The notes beneath the pieces were generated by a model. That model ran no database searches. It was not told where the DNA came from and was given only the letters and a program-made list of their open reading frames with translations. 32,000 nt of DNA, from the NCBI RefSeq assembly GCF_000011465.1, contig NC_005072.1, positions 420,001 to 452,000 on the forward strand, read 5' to 3'. Both the position numbers and the translations under genes were made by a program. The stretch comes from Prochlorococcus marinus subsp. pastoris str. CCMP1986 (lineage in GTDB: Bacteria; Cyanobacteriota; Cyanobacteriia; PCC-6307; Cyanobiaceae). The first letter of the stretch is position 1. Each line of letters starts with the position of its first letter. Shown here in pieces: positions 18,920-27,409 of the stretch.

Positions 18920-19805
18920 TATTTCTTGTTTTGTTTTTATATGATTTTAATCTTAAAAAAAATAATCCAATTAATCCAGAGGAAAATAAAAAAATACTAA
19001 TAAACTGGGCCATGCGTAATCCTCCATCACAAAAGGGTGGAAGTCCCCCAATACATAAAGGATCAGTCCTTAAACCTTCAATCCAGAATCTTCCAAAACT
19101 ATAGCCAATTAAATAAAGACAACTAATAAAGCCAGGCCTCACTGAGTTTTTGTTGTTCTGTTTGTAAAAAATAGTAATTAATAATATAAAAATTAAAAAA
19201 TTCCATAATGATTCATAGATAAATGTTGGATGGAAAAACTGGTAATTTATAAATTCTATTGGTCTATTTTGTATTGGTACAAATAACTTCCAAGGTAAAT
19301 CCGTAGGTATTCCAAAAGCTTCATTATTAAAGAAATTCCCCCATCTACCAATAGACTGCCCAAGAATAATAGATGGAATTAATATATCTATAAAGGTCTT
19401 TAAATGAATATTTTTGGATTTACAAAAATATAAAATACATAGAAATCCTCCAATCAATCCTCCATGGATTGCTATACCCCCTTGCCAAATTGCAATAAAA
19501 GAGGGGATTTGAATTACGTTATTAAAAAGATTAAAAGAAGTAAAAAAGTTACTACCACTATATTGTCTCCATTCGAAAATTACATAGTACGCTCTAGCTC
19601 CAATTATTGAAGATATTATTAAAGAGGGTAAAATATCACTTATATATTGAGGATTAATATTTCTTGATTTTGCAAGCTTTTTAGAAATAAAAAGTCCTAT
19701 TACTACTGATATGGAAATTAGCAGACCATACCATCTGATAGTTAGAAATCCTAAATTTAAAAATGTGTCTCCAGGGGATTGAATAAAAGCTTGATATGTA
19801 AGCAT
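18912..19805 (-). CDS. lgt: Prolipoprotein diacylglyceryl transferase
   Basis: [13 protein letters not shown] signature and HGGLIGG. Polytopic, 297 aa. Confidence 0.92.
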   Translation of the reverse strand: MLTYQAFIQSPGDTFLNLGFLTIRWYGLLISISVVIGLFISKKLAKSRNINPQYISDILPSLIISSIIGARAYYVIFEWRQYSGSNFFTSFNLFNNVIQIPSFIAIWQGGIAIHGGLIGGFLCILYFCKSKNIHLKTFIDILIPSIILGQSIGRWGNFFNNEAFGIPTDLPWKLFVPIQNRPIEFINYQFFHPTFIYESLWNFLIFILLITIFYKQNNKNSVRPGFISCLYLIGYSFGRFWIEGLRTDPLCIGGLPPFCDGGLRMAQFISIFLFSSGLIGLFFLRLKSYKNKTRNNG

Positions 19806-19816
19806 TTAAAGGTTAA

Positions 19817-20770
19817 TTAAACACCCTCAGCAGCTTGTACTTTTTCAACCTGCTTCTTCTTGAGTACTAACAGTATTTGGGTTAGGCCTACACCAATAAA
19901 AAATGCAATTAAGCCTATTATTCTATAAGGGCTTTGTAACACTACTTCAGCATCTAGTTGCCCAAAACCTCCTACATTAGGGTCATTAGTTAGAGGATCT
20001 CCTGCACTTATTTGGTCTTGTTCTTTCACAATCAGTTTAGGACCAACAGGAACAGCCTCGGTAACTATGTCCCCGTTCTCATTCTCAATATTAATTTGAT
20101 AACTACCATCTTCAATAGTTTCTATTGAATTTATAGTGCCTGCAGAAGAAGAAGTGAATATTACATTGTTACTCTTTTCACCAGTTGGATAAACTTGACC
20201 TCTGCCTCTATTCCCTCCTATATGCAACGAGTACTTTCCATAGTGATACTCTTTATTGGTAGCTGGATTAGGGGAAAGGACAGGAAAAACGATTTCTTTA
20301 TTAGTATCTCCTGGTAATGGACCGACAAGAATTATATTGTCTTTTTCTTCGCTGTAATTAGTAAAATAAACTCCCTCGGTTTCTTCTTTTATTTCATCAG
20401 TCCATCTTTCCTGAGGAGCTAATTTAAAGCCATCAGGAAGCATAACTACAGCCCCAACTTGTAAAGGAACCGCTGAGCCGTCAGCACCTATTTCCTTTAT
20501 GTCATCTTTATAAGGAATTTTGACTACAGCTTTGAAAACACTATCAGCTCCAACAGATTGAGGGACCTCTGCAATAGTTGGCATTTGTGCTAAATGGCAA
20601 TTTGCGCAGACTATTTTTCCTGTGGCTTCTCTGGGAGATTCGTAATTTTGCTGCGCCCAAAATGGATAAGCAAAAGAGGATCTTGGGAAAATTACAATGC
20701 TGGAAATCAAAAGCAGTTTGCAAAGAAAGAAAGTTGTTTTTTTCATAATTTGTTTTTTAAAATTAATCAT
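19817..20770 (-). CDS. petA: Cytochrome f (apocytochrome f precursor)
   Basis: Signal peptide ending SSFA, then mature [25 protein letters not shown] with the CxxCH heme site. C-terminal TM anchor. I chose the ATG at 20770, 4 nt after the petC stop. The longest ORF, starting at 20797, would overlap petC. Confidence 0.93.
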
Positions 20771-20774
20771 TCTC

Positions 20775-21311
20775 TTAGGCCCACCAGGGATTTTCATTAG
20801 TTCTAAAATCTGTCTCTGACCACTGTTTTACAAGTACAGCATCATCATCTACATCAACATGCGCCAAGGCCAAAGATAAAGGCGCAGGTCCTCTTACTAC
20901 TTTCCCATTTGTGTCATATTGACTTCCATGACAAGGACATATGAATTTATTCGCACCGCTATCCCATGGAACAACGCATCCTAAATGGGTGCAAATAGCA
21001 TTTAGTCCGAATTCTCCTATCTCTCCTTCACTGTTAACAATTAAGTAAGTTGGATCTCCTTTGAGACCTTGAACTAAACTTCTATCTCCTGCTTGATGAC
21101 TTGCTAGCCAACCGGTCTTTGTTACTGGATTACCTAATTCATCTTTTGCAGAAGTTCCGCCGCCACCGCCGCCAGCTCTTAGTGGCATAAAATAATTTGC
21201 TACAGGATATAAAGCTCCTAATGCGACACCAGTTGCTGTTCCAAATGTAAGAAGATTCATAAATTGCCTTCGACCCATGGATGGGACGTCATTGGAACTT
21301 AATTGAGTCAT
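20775..21311 (-). CDS. petC: Cytochrome b6f Rieske iron-sulfur subunit
   Basis: [10 protein letters not shown] and CPCHGSQY 2Fe-2S boxes. Tat-like RRQFMN N-terminus. Confidence 0.97.
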
Positions 21312-21434
21312 TCGATACTTGACACTGTTATTTATTAGTTATTATGAATCAAATTGCATGATTTCTGTTGCAAATAGATAGGACTTTTAATAATTTAAAG
21401 TATAAGTTTTTATGAGATTGTTTATTATTAAATT

Positions 21435-21752
21435 ATGAAACCTTTGGTAGTAGATGAGATTATCCATTACTTGATTCATCGATGGGGTAAAAAATATGAC
21501 TTTAGACTTTTTAAAAGAGGAAAATATTTATATTTTCAAATGATGTGGGGTTTTTTAGGACAAGAATCTTTTCCATTAAATGAAGTGGAATATAAAAAAT
21601 CAATAGCAGATAAAATTGAAATATTAAATAGATGCGGTTATTCAGATGAAGTAAGGGAATGGCTTAAAAAAGTAAATTCAAAACCAAGATTAGGAAGAGC
21701 TGTAAGCCTTCAACTACACATTAATGAGAGGATGAAAGAGTTTTTGATTTAA
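21435..21752 (+). CDS. Conserved hypothetical protein (cyanobacterial DUF3067-like)
   Basis: 105-aa ORF divergent from petC. The family name comes from recollection of the conserved cyanobacterial neighbour of petCA. No catalytic motif is evident. Confidence 0.55.
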   Translation: MKPLVVDEIIHYLIHRWGKKYDFRLFKRGKYLYFQMMWGFLGQESFPLNEVEYKKSIADKIEILNRCGYSDEVREWLKKVNSKPRLGRAVSLQLHINERMKEFLI

Positions 21753-22479
21753 GGCTTTCAGATATGTAAGTTAGCCCAGCTCCTACAAAAAATAGAAAAA
21801 TTATCGAAATTGAGAGCAATGACATAGTTAAAGGATCTGTTGAAGGTGTAATTACTGCGGATAAGATCGCAGAGGAAATTACTACTATTTTCCAATTTGA
21901 TAGCATTTTTTCTGTAGTAATAATTCCAAGTGAACCAAGAATAAATTGCAAAACTGGTAACTGAAATGCTATTGCAGTACTTGACATTAACAATAAAACA
22001 AAATCAAAGTATCTCTCTATGGACCATGTTGGTTCAACTATATCAGCTCCAAAATTTATAAAGAAATTTATTGCCGCGGGAACTAATATCCACCAAGAAA
22101 AAATCAAGCCAAGAAAAAATAATAAACCTGATCCAAAAACAGCCGGTAAAATTAGGTTTTTTTCTTTTTTAGTTAAACCTGGCGAAATAAATAATATTAA
22201 TTGATAAAAAATGTATGGAATAGAGACGATTATCCCGCTATATCCTGCTACTTTTATGGCTACAAATAAAAATTCTCCAGGAGCAAGTTGTAATAAATGT
22301 ATATCACTTGCAGGAATCTCTAAAAATGAAATTAAAGGCTTAATTATTAAAAAACTAAAAAAAATGCAAATTAATATCGAATAAATAGAATTTAGTAATC
22401 TTTGCCTTAACTCCTCTAAATGATCAGTAAAACTCATCGAATCATAATTATTATTCTTACTATCTTCTTTCCTCTTCAT
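21721..22479 (-). CDS. tatC: Twin-arginine translocase subunit TatC
   Basis: 252 aa with six TM segments. N-terminal FTDHLEELRQRL motif. Confidence 0.92.
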   Translation of the reverse strand: MKRKEDSKNNNYDSMSFTDHLEELRQRLLNSIYSILICIFFSFLIIKPLISFLEIPASDIHLLQLAPGEFLFVAIKVAGYSGIIVSIPYIFYQLILFISPGLTKKEKNLILPAVFGSGLLFFLGLIFSWWILVPAAINFFINFGADIVEPTWSIERYFDFVLLLMSSTAIAFQLPVLQFILGSLGIITTEKMLSNWKIVVISSAILSAVITPSTDPLTMSLLSISIIFLFFVGAGLTYISESLKSKTLSSSH

Positions 22480-22562
22480 TATTGAGCTTATTTTATAGTT
22501 TGAAATAGATAAACATTTGTTTTTTTATAAAAAGCGTAATTTTGATTATTAGTAGCTAAGAA

Positions 22563-22823
22563 CTATTTACTTAATTTTGGATTCGTCGGATCAGGTAATA
22601 AAAATGGAGGAGCATCATTTAAAGAAGATTCTCCATATGTTTCATATTCTCTATAACCACCCATTTTCCCATTTGTTTTCATCAAAGCACTTACGAAAGC
22701 AAGTAATAGAAAAACAGTTGGGGCTCCAATAATTAATGCTGCTCCGAACAAGTACCCTACAATAAATTCTGGGAAACTATGATTACCTAAATATTCGTGT
22801 GTTCCAAGTAGAAAATCTAACAT
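22563..22823 (-). CDS. Hypothetical single-pass membrane protein (86 aa)
   Basis: The ORF has a central hydrophobic helix (FIVGYLFGAALIIGAPTVFLLLAFVSAL). It lies 29 nt downstream of the NFACT gene on the same strand. Confidence 0.5.
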   Translation of the reverse strand: MLDFLLGTHEYLGNHSFPEFIVGYLFGAALIIGAPTVFLLLAFVSALMKTNGKMGGYREYETYGESSLNDAPPFLLPDPTNPKLSK

Positions 22824-22852
22824 TTAACAAAATCAATTTTTCTTATTATAGG

Positions 22853-24577
22853 CTAAATTGCTTTTTTAAGATTTTTTTTGATGTAATCTTTTCCTCTTGT
22901 AGGATTACCCCAAAGAATTTCTACATTATTGAACGAAACGCAACCAGGACCTCCTTTTGTGATTTTTTGGAGATCTTTAATATTCACAAGACTAATAGGT
23001 ACTTTAATATTCATTTTTGCTTTACTAAATAAAGCTGCTAAATCTGCTGATATTTGAATATCTTCATCTGATGGGATTTGCGATGAAGACTTTAAAACAA
23101 CATGACTTCCAGGTGATTCTTGTGCATGGAACCAAAGATCACCTTTTTTGGAAAACTTAAAACTTATTAGATCATTTTGCCTCATATTTCTTCCTATTTG
23201 TACTGTTAAGCCTTTCGGGGTATTTATTTCTATTGGAGATGATTCTAATCCAGATGCGTCTTTTGTTTGTTCTCTTATATTTTTGATTCTCAAATTAAAC
23301 TCTCGACAAATTTCAGCTTTAATTTCTTCCAGCAAATTGACTCTAGTTGTCGGATTTTCATTTTTTAGAGAATTTAAGTTATCTAATAGAGCACTAAATT
23401 CTTCTAATCTATCAAGTTTATTTTTATAAATATTCATCCTTTCTTTAATTAAGTTTTGTGCTCTTTTTAGTTTTTTTGACTTTTTATAAAGCTTTTGGCC
23501 TTTGATAATATCTTGTTTTTGTATCTCATGAGTCATGAATATTTTGTCAGCCTTTTCTTTATATAATTGATAATTTTCGGAGTTAATTAAAAGATCAGAT
23601 TGCAATTTAAAATTTTTTTTCTCAAGATTTGTTTGTTTAAAAATTATCCCATCAATTTTTTTTATTAAGGCCTCAATTTTTTTTTGTTTTAAATGAAAAT
23701 TATAATAATTTTCTAATCCATCAATTTGATCAATATTATCTTTGTTAATTATTTCATTCTTTAAAAACCAAACTGAATAAAAAAAATTGCCAAAAATTGA
23801 AAAATTAAAGTTGTTTTTATTAAATCTTTCAATCCATATTTTCCAACTTTGGTATATCTTTTTTAAGTTGGTTTCACTTATAAAATCAATATTTTTGTTC
23901 ATTATTTCTACACTTTCCAGATTACTAAAAGTCTCAAGTTGCTTTGTAAGTATTGGACTTACACCTTGATAAGTATTTATTAAGCAGTATTTAAGTGATT
24001 CTGGAACTGAAGAAATAGACTCTTTCCATTCTTCATAAGATTCATTTGGACTAGGCTCCTTTTTCATGTTTGAGGGAGGCTCTGAATAGATAGATCCAGT
24101 AGAAACGACACGAAAGCTAGATTGATTAGATTTTATTTGTTTGCCAACTGCAATTATTTTTTGATTATTATCTAAATAAAAAATATTACTGTGTTTGCCC
24201 ATTAATTCAAAAACTAAGTATTTTTTTATTTCATCTCCTGGCTTTTTTGCAAATCCAAATTTAATTACTCTCTCAAATTTATCTTGTTCTATGGTAACCA
24301 AAGCCATATATTTCAATCCGTATCTTAGTTGTTTGGAGAGTGTACTTTCAGTTCCTATTTTTTCAGGCCTATTTATTGTAAGAATTCGTGGAGAATCACT
24401 ATCCCAAGATACTTCTATCCAAGTTTGGTTATTTATTCCTCTTAAACAGAATTGAATTATATTAGGTTCGGGTTGTTGAGCAGTTTCAAACCTTGACGGT
24501 AAAACTTCTTCTGATAAATCATGCAATACAGATTTTATAGATGTAATATCCATTATCTGAGGTACACCCTTTTGCAT
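22853..24577 (-). CDS. NFACT-family protein (fibronectin-binding protein A / RqcH-like ribosome quality control factor)
   Basis: 574 aa. N-terminal NFACT-N-like region, long Lys/Asn-rich coiled-coil middle, and a C-terminal NFACT-R (DUF814) motif DLWFHAQESPGSHVVLK. An alternative start ATG at 24553 gives MDITSIK. Confidence 0.8.
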   Translation of the reverse strand: MQKGVPQIMDITSIKSVLHDLSEEVLPSRFETAQQPEPNIIQFCLRGINNQTWIEVSWDSDSPRILTINRPEKIGTESTLSKQLRYGLKYMALVTIEQDKFERVIKFGFAKKPGDEIKKYLVFELMGKHSNIFYLDNNQKIIAVGKQIKSNQSSFRVVSTGSIYSEPPSNMKKEPSPNESYEEWKESISSVPESLKYCLINTYQGVSPILTKQLETFSNLESVEIMNKNIDFISETNLKKIYQSWKIWIERFNKNNFNFSIFGNFFYSVWFLKNEIINKDNIDQIDGLENYYNFHLKQKKIEALIKKIDGIIFKQTNLEKKNFKLQSDLLINSENYQLYKEKADKIFMTHEIQKQDIIKGQKLYKKSKKLKRAQNLIKERMNIYKNKLDRLEEFSALLDNLNSLKNENPTTRVNLLEEIKAEICREFNLRIKNIREQTKDASGLESSPIEINTPKGLTVQIGRNMRQNDLISFKFSKKGDLWFHAQESPGSHVVLKSSSQIPSDEDIQISADLAALFSKAKMNIKVPISLVNIKDLQKITKGGPGCVSFNNVEILWGNPTRGKDYIKKNLKKAI

Positions 24578-24627
24578 TATTTCTAAAAATTATTCACCAA
24601 CATTTACTTTACTGTAAAAATTTTAAT

Positions 24628-25182
24628 ATGAAAAATTTAAAAAAACTAATAATTATCACAGGCCCTAGTGGAGTTGGGAAAGGTACTGTTATTAAAGAAC
24701 TTTTAGATAGAAATAAAGATATTTGGCTTTCTATTTCTGCAACAACAAGAAATCCTAGAGTTGGAGAGAAAGATGATTTGAATTATTACTTTATAGGTGA
24801 AGAAAGGTTTAAAGATATGATCGATAAAAAAGAATTTCTTGAATGGGCCCAATTCGCAGGAAACTATTATGGAACCCCCTTATCTACTGTTAATGAAAAG
24901 ATTGAAAAGGGATTTATTGTATTACTTGAAATTGAAGTTGAAGGTGCAAAACAAATTAAAGAAAAATTCCCAGAATCTTTATCAATATTTCTTCTGCCTC
25001 CTAGCAAAGAAGAATTAGAAAAAAGAATAAGAAATAGAGGTACTGAAAAAGAGGAGGCAATAGATAGAAGACTTAGCAGAGCCAACTACGAAATTGCATC
25101 CTCAAATCAATTTGATTTTGTATTAACAAATCATGATGTTGATGAGACAGTAAAAGAGGTTTTGAAAATAATTAAGTCTTGA
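24628..25182 (+). CDS. gmk: Guanylate kinase
   Basis: P-loop GPSGVGKGT plus STTR-like ATTRNPRVGE. 184 aa. Confidence 0.95.
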   Translation: MKNLKKLIIITGPSGVGKGTVIKELLDRNKDIWLSISATTRNPRVGEKDDLNYYFIGEERFKDMIDKKEFLEWAQFAGNYYGTPLSTVNEKIEKGFIVLLEIEVEGAKQIKEKFPESLSIFLLPPSKEELEKRIRNRGTEKEEAIDRRLSRANYEIASSNQFDFVLTNHDVDETVKEVLKIIKS

Positions 25183-25199
25183 AAGTTCTTTTTGAAATC

Positions 25200-25334
25200 T
25201 CAGCTCATCGGATGAAATAATAAATCAGGAAAAAATCTATTAAATTCAATAATTATTCCGGCGGTAAGACTTAGCCAAACTGCTGCAACCACTGGAGCTG
25301 ACCTGATAAATTTTGTGTTAAAGATTTTAAGCAT
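25200..25334 (-). CDS. psaJ: Photosystem I subunit IX (PsaJ), 44 aa, absent from the ORF track
   Basis: Hand translation of the minus strand: [44 protein letters not shown]. This is the classic PsaJ sequence, 30 nt downstream of psaF. Confidence 0.93.
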   Translation of the reverse strand: MLKIFNTKFIRSAPVVAAVWLSLTAGIIIEFNRFFPDLLFHPMS

Positions 25335-25364
25335 TTGATTTTTAGAATTGTGTGGGATGATGTT

Positions 25365-25919
25365 TTATCTAGGACCATTAAGTGTTATATTATTATCTTT
25401 TTCTCTTAAATCACCGTTCCTTCCTTGCTTATTGGCTAAGAGGGGCCATTGAGCACCTTTGATAAGGCATTTTCTCGCCAAGTCTAAATCAATAATAATT
25501 TCAAGGTCTGCTGGGTTCTTAGTCTTTTTGGATTCAATCAAATACTCTCTTCCAGACCATCCTATAATTCCTGCAATATAGATAAATAATACACCAGGAA
25601 TAAGTAAGTCACCTTCATGACCTCTATTTAAGAGTGCTCCCCATGGTTCAAGTGGTGGACCTATTATTAAATGGGGCAATCCATCGTCACCACAAGCTGC
25701 TTTGCCATATCTTTCAAATCTTGTGATATCTTTTTGCGTTTTAGCAGTACTTGCTCGTTCAATAAATTTAGGATTTTCTGAGCATGTTGTTAGAGCTGAG
25801 GCTGTATATTCTGTGCTAGCTCTATCTGCATTTAATGCTGGTCCATTAGCTGCTAAAGCAATTGGGGTTATTCCAAGAAAGAGAAAAACCGAAGTTATGA
25901 TTGAAAAAAAGAATTTCAT
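25365..25919 (-). CDS. psaF: Photosystem I subunit III (PsaF)
   Basis: Signal peptide ending IALA, a CGDDGLPHLI motif, and a TM helix LFIYIAGIIGW. The ATG at 25919 is preferred over the TTG at 25928. Confidence 0.93.
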   Translation of the reverse strand: MKFFFSIITSVFLFLGITPIALAANGPALNADRASTEYTASALTTCSENPKFIERASTAKTQKDITRFERYGKAACGDDGLPHLIIGPPLEPWGALLNRGHEGDLLIPGVLFIYIAGIIGWSGREYLIESKKTKNPADLEIIIDLDLARKCLIKGAQWPLLANKQGRNGDLREKDNNITLNGPR

Positions 25920-25993
25920 AAGTTGCAATCTTTAATTCCTTTGATGTTTTAATTAAGAAATTATTATTAAAATAAAACAGTATCGAATCAAAT

Positions 25994-27064
25994 ATGCACA
26001 AAGTTCTAGCTATTGAAACAAGTTGTGATGAGACGTCTGTCTCAATTGTTTCTAATAGTGGTGATATTTATAAAATACATTCAAATATTGTTGCATCACA
26101 AATTGAAGATCATTCTAAATGGGGAGGTGTGGTCCCAGAACTCGCAGCGAGAAAACATTTAGAGTTACTTCCTTTTGTCCTAGAACAAGCTTTAGAAGAA
26201 TCAAAAATTCGAATTGAAAAAATTGATGTTATAGCTTCAACAGTTACACCAGGATTAGTTGGCTGTTTAAGGGTTGGTTCTATAACTGCAAGATCACTAT
26301 GTACTTTATACTCAAAACCTTTTTTGGGGATACATCACTTAGAAGGACATCTTTCGTCAATATTATTTTCAAAAAATTATCCCAAGCCTCCTTTCTTAAC
26401 CTTACTTGTTAGTGGTGGACATACTGAATTAATAAAAGTTGGTGAGAGAAGAAAGATGCAAAGACTTGGAAGAAGTTATGATGACGCTGCTGGTGAAGCG
26501 TTCGATAAAGTAGGAAGATTATTAGGACTCAGTTATCCTGGAGGTCCTGCAATTGCGAAAATCGCCAAAAAGGGTAATGCCTCCAAATTTAATTTACCTA
26601 AATGCAAGATCTCTGATAAGGAAGGGGGTTTTTTGAAATATGATTTCTCTTTTAGTGGTTTAAAAACGGCTGTATTAAGATTGGTTGAGAAAATAAATTT
26701 AAATGGGGATGAAATACCAATTCCAGATATTGCTGCAAGTTTTGAGAGGGTTGTAGCAGAGGTGTTAGTAGAGAGGACAATAAAATGTGCAAATGATTAT
26801 GGTTTAGATAATATCGTCGTTGTAGGAGGAGTCGCGGCTAACGATACGTTAAGAAAAATGATGATTAGTGAAGCTTGTAAAAAATCTATTAAAGTTCATT
26901 TAGCTCCAATAAATCTTTGCACAGATAATGCGGCGATGATTGGAGCCGCTGCCTTATATAGACTCAAATTTAAGGCATATGAAAGTTCTCTTAAATTGGG
27001 TATTTCAGGAAGACTCCCTATTGACCAAGCAAATACTCTTTATGAAAATAAACCTCCTTTCTAG
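25994..27064 (+). CDS. tsaD: tRNA N6-adenosine threonylcarbamoyltransferase (Kae1/TsaD/Gcp)
   Basis: LAIETSCDETSV and HHLEGHL motifs. 356 aa. Confidence 0.95.
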   Translation: MHKVLAIETSCDETSVSIVSNSGDIYKIHSNIVASQIEDHSKWGGVVPELAARKHLELLPFVLEQALEESKIRIEKIDVIASTVTPGLVGCLRVGSITARSLCTLYSKPFLGIHHLEGHLSSILFSKNYPKPPFLTLLVSGGHTELIKVGERRKMQRLGRSYDDAAGEAFDKVGRLLGLSYPGGPAIAKIAKKGNASKFNLPKCKISDKEGGFLKYDFSFSGLKTAVLRLVEKINLNGDEIPIPDIAASFERVVAEVLVERTIKCANDYGLDNIVVVGGVAANDTLRKMMISEACKKSIKVHLAPINLCTDNAAMIGAAALYRLKFKAYESSLKLGISGRLPIDQANTLYENKPPF

Positions 27065-27069
27065 TACTA

Positions 27070-27252
27070 ATGAAAAAAGAATCAAAAATAAATCTAAAAG
27101 AAACAAAAAAGGTTGTTGATAAACAAGAGCTTAATTTATGGAAAAGAGGCTTTACGCCTCAAGCAGAAATTTGGAACGGAAGAATGGCGACGATAGGAAT
27201 TGGAATAATATTGATTGTTATTGCTTTGATTAGTAAATTTTCATCTATATAA
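27070..27252 (+). CDS. hli: High-light-inducible protein (HLIP, one-helix CAB/ELIP/HLIP family)
   Basis: GFTPQAEIWNGRMATIGIGI matches the chlorophyll-binding motif GFTxxAExWNGRxAMxG. A single TM follows. Starts 5 nt after the tsaD stop. Confidence 0.88.
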   Translation: MKKESKINLKETKKVVDKQELNLWKRGFTPQAEIWNGRMATIGIGIILIVIALISKFSSI

Positions 27253-27295
27253 TTGGAATTTAAAAAATTTTGTTTTTAATCTGCATAAGGGGTTT

Positions 27296-27331
27296 TTATT
27301 AATTAAATCTTTAATTAGATTTAATTAATAA
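27296..27331. repeat. Perfect 15-bp inverted repeat with a 6-nt spacer (ttattaattaaatct-ttaatt-agatttaattaataa)
   Basis: The arms were checked by hand as exact reverse complements. The repeat lies between the hli stop (27252) and the antiporter start (27410). Confidence 0.85.
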
Positions 27332-27409
27332 ATATTGTTTATAGTGGACTTAAAATAGGATTATTGATTTAATCAAATTAATTAATATTTTTATTATAAA
27401 GAAAAATTT

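Noticed and set aside
20771-20797. The longest petA ORF begins at 20797, which would overlap the petC 3' end by 23 nt.
   Set aside because: An in-frame ATG at 20770, 4 nt after the petC stop, gives a normal-length signal peptide ([15 protein letters not shown]...). The upstream extension MKIPGGPKR is most likely untranslated.
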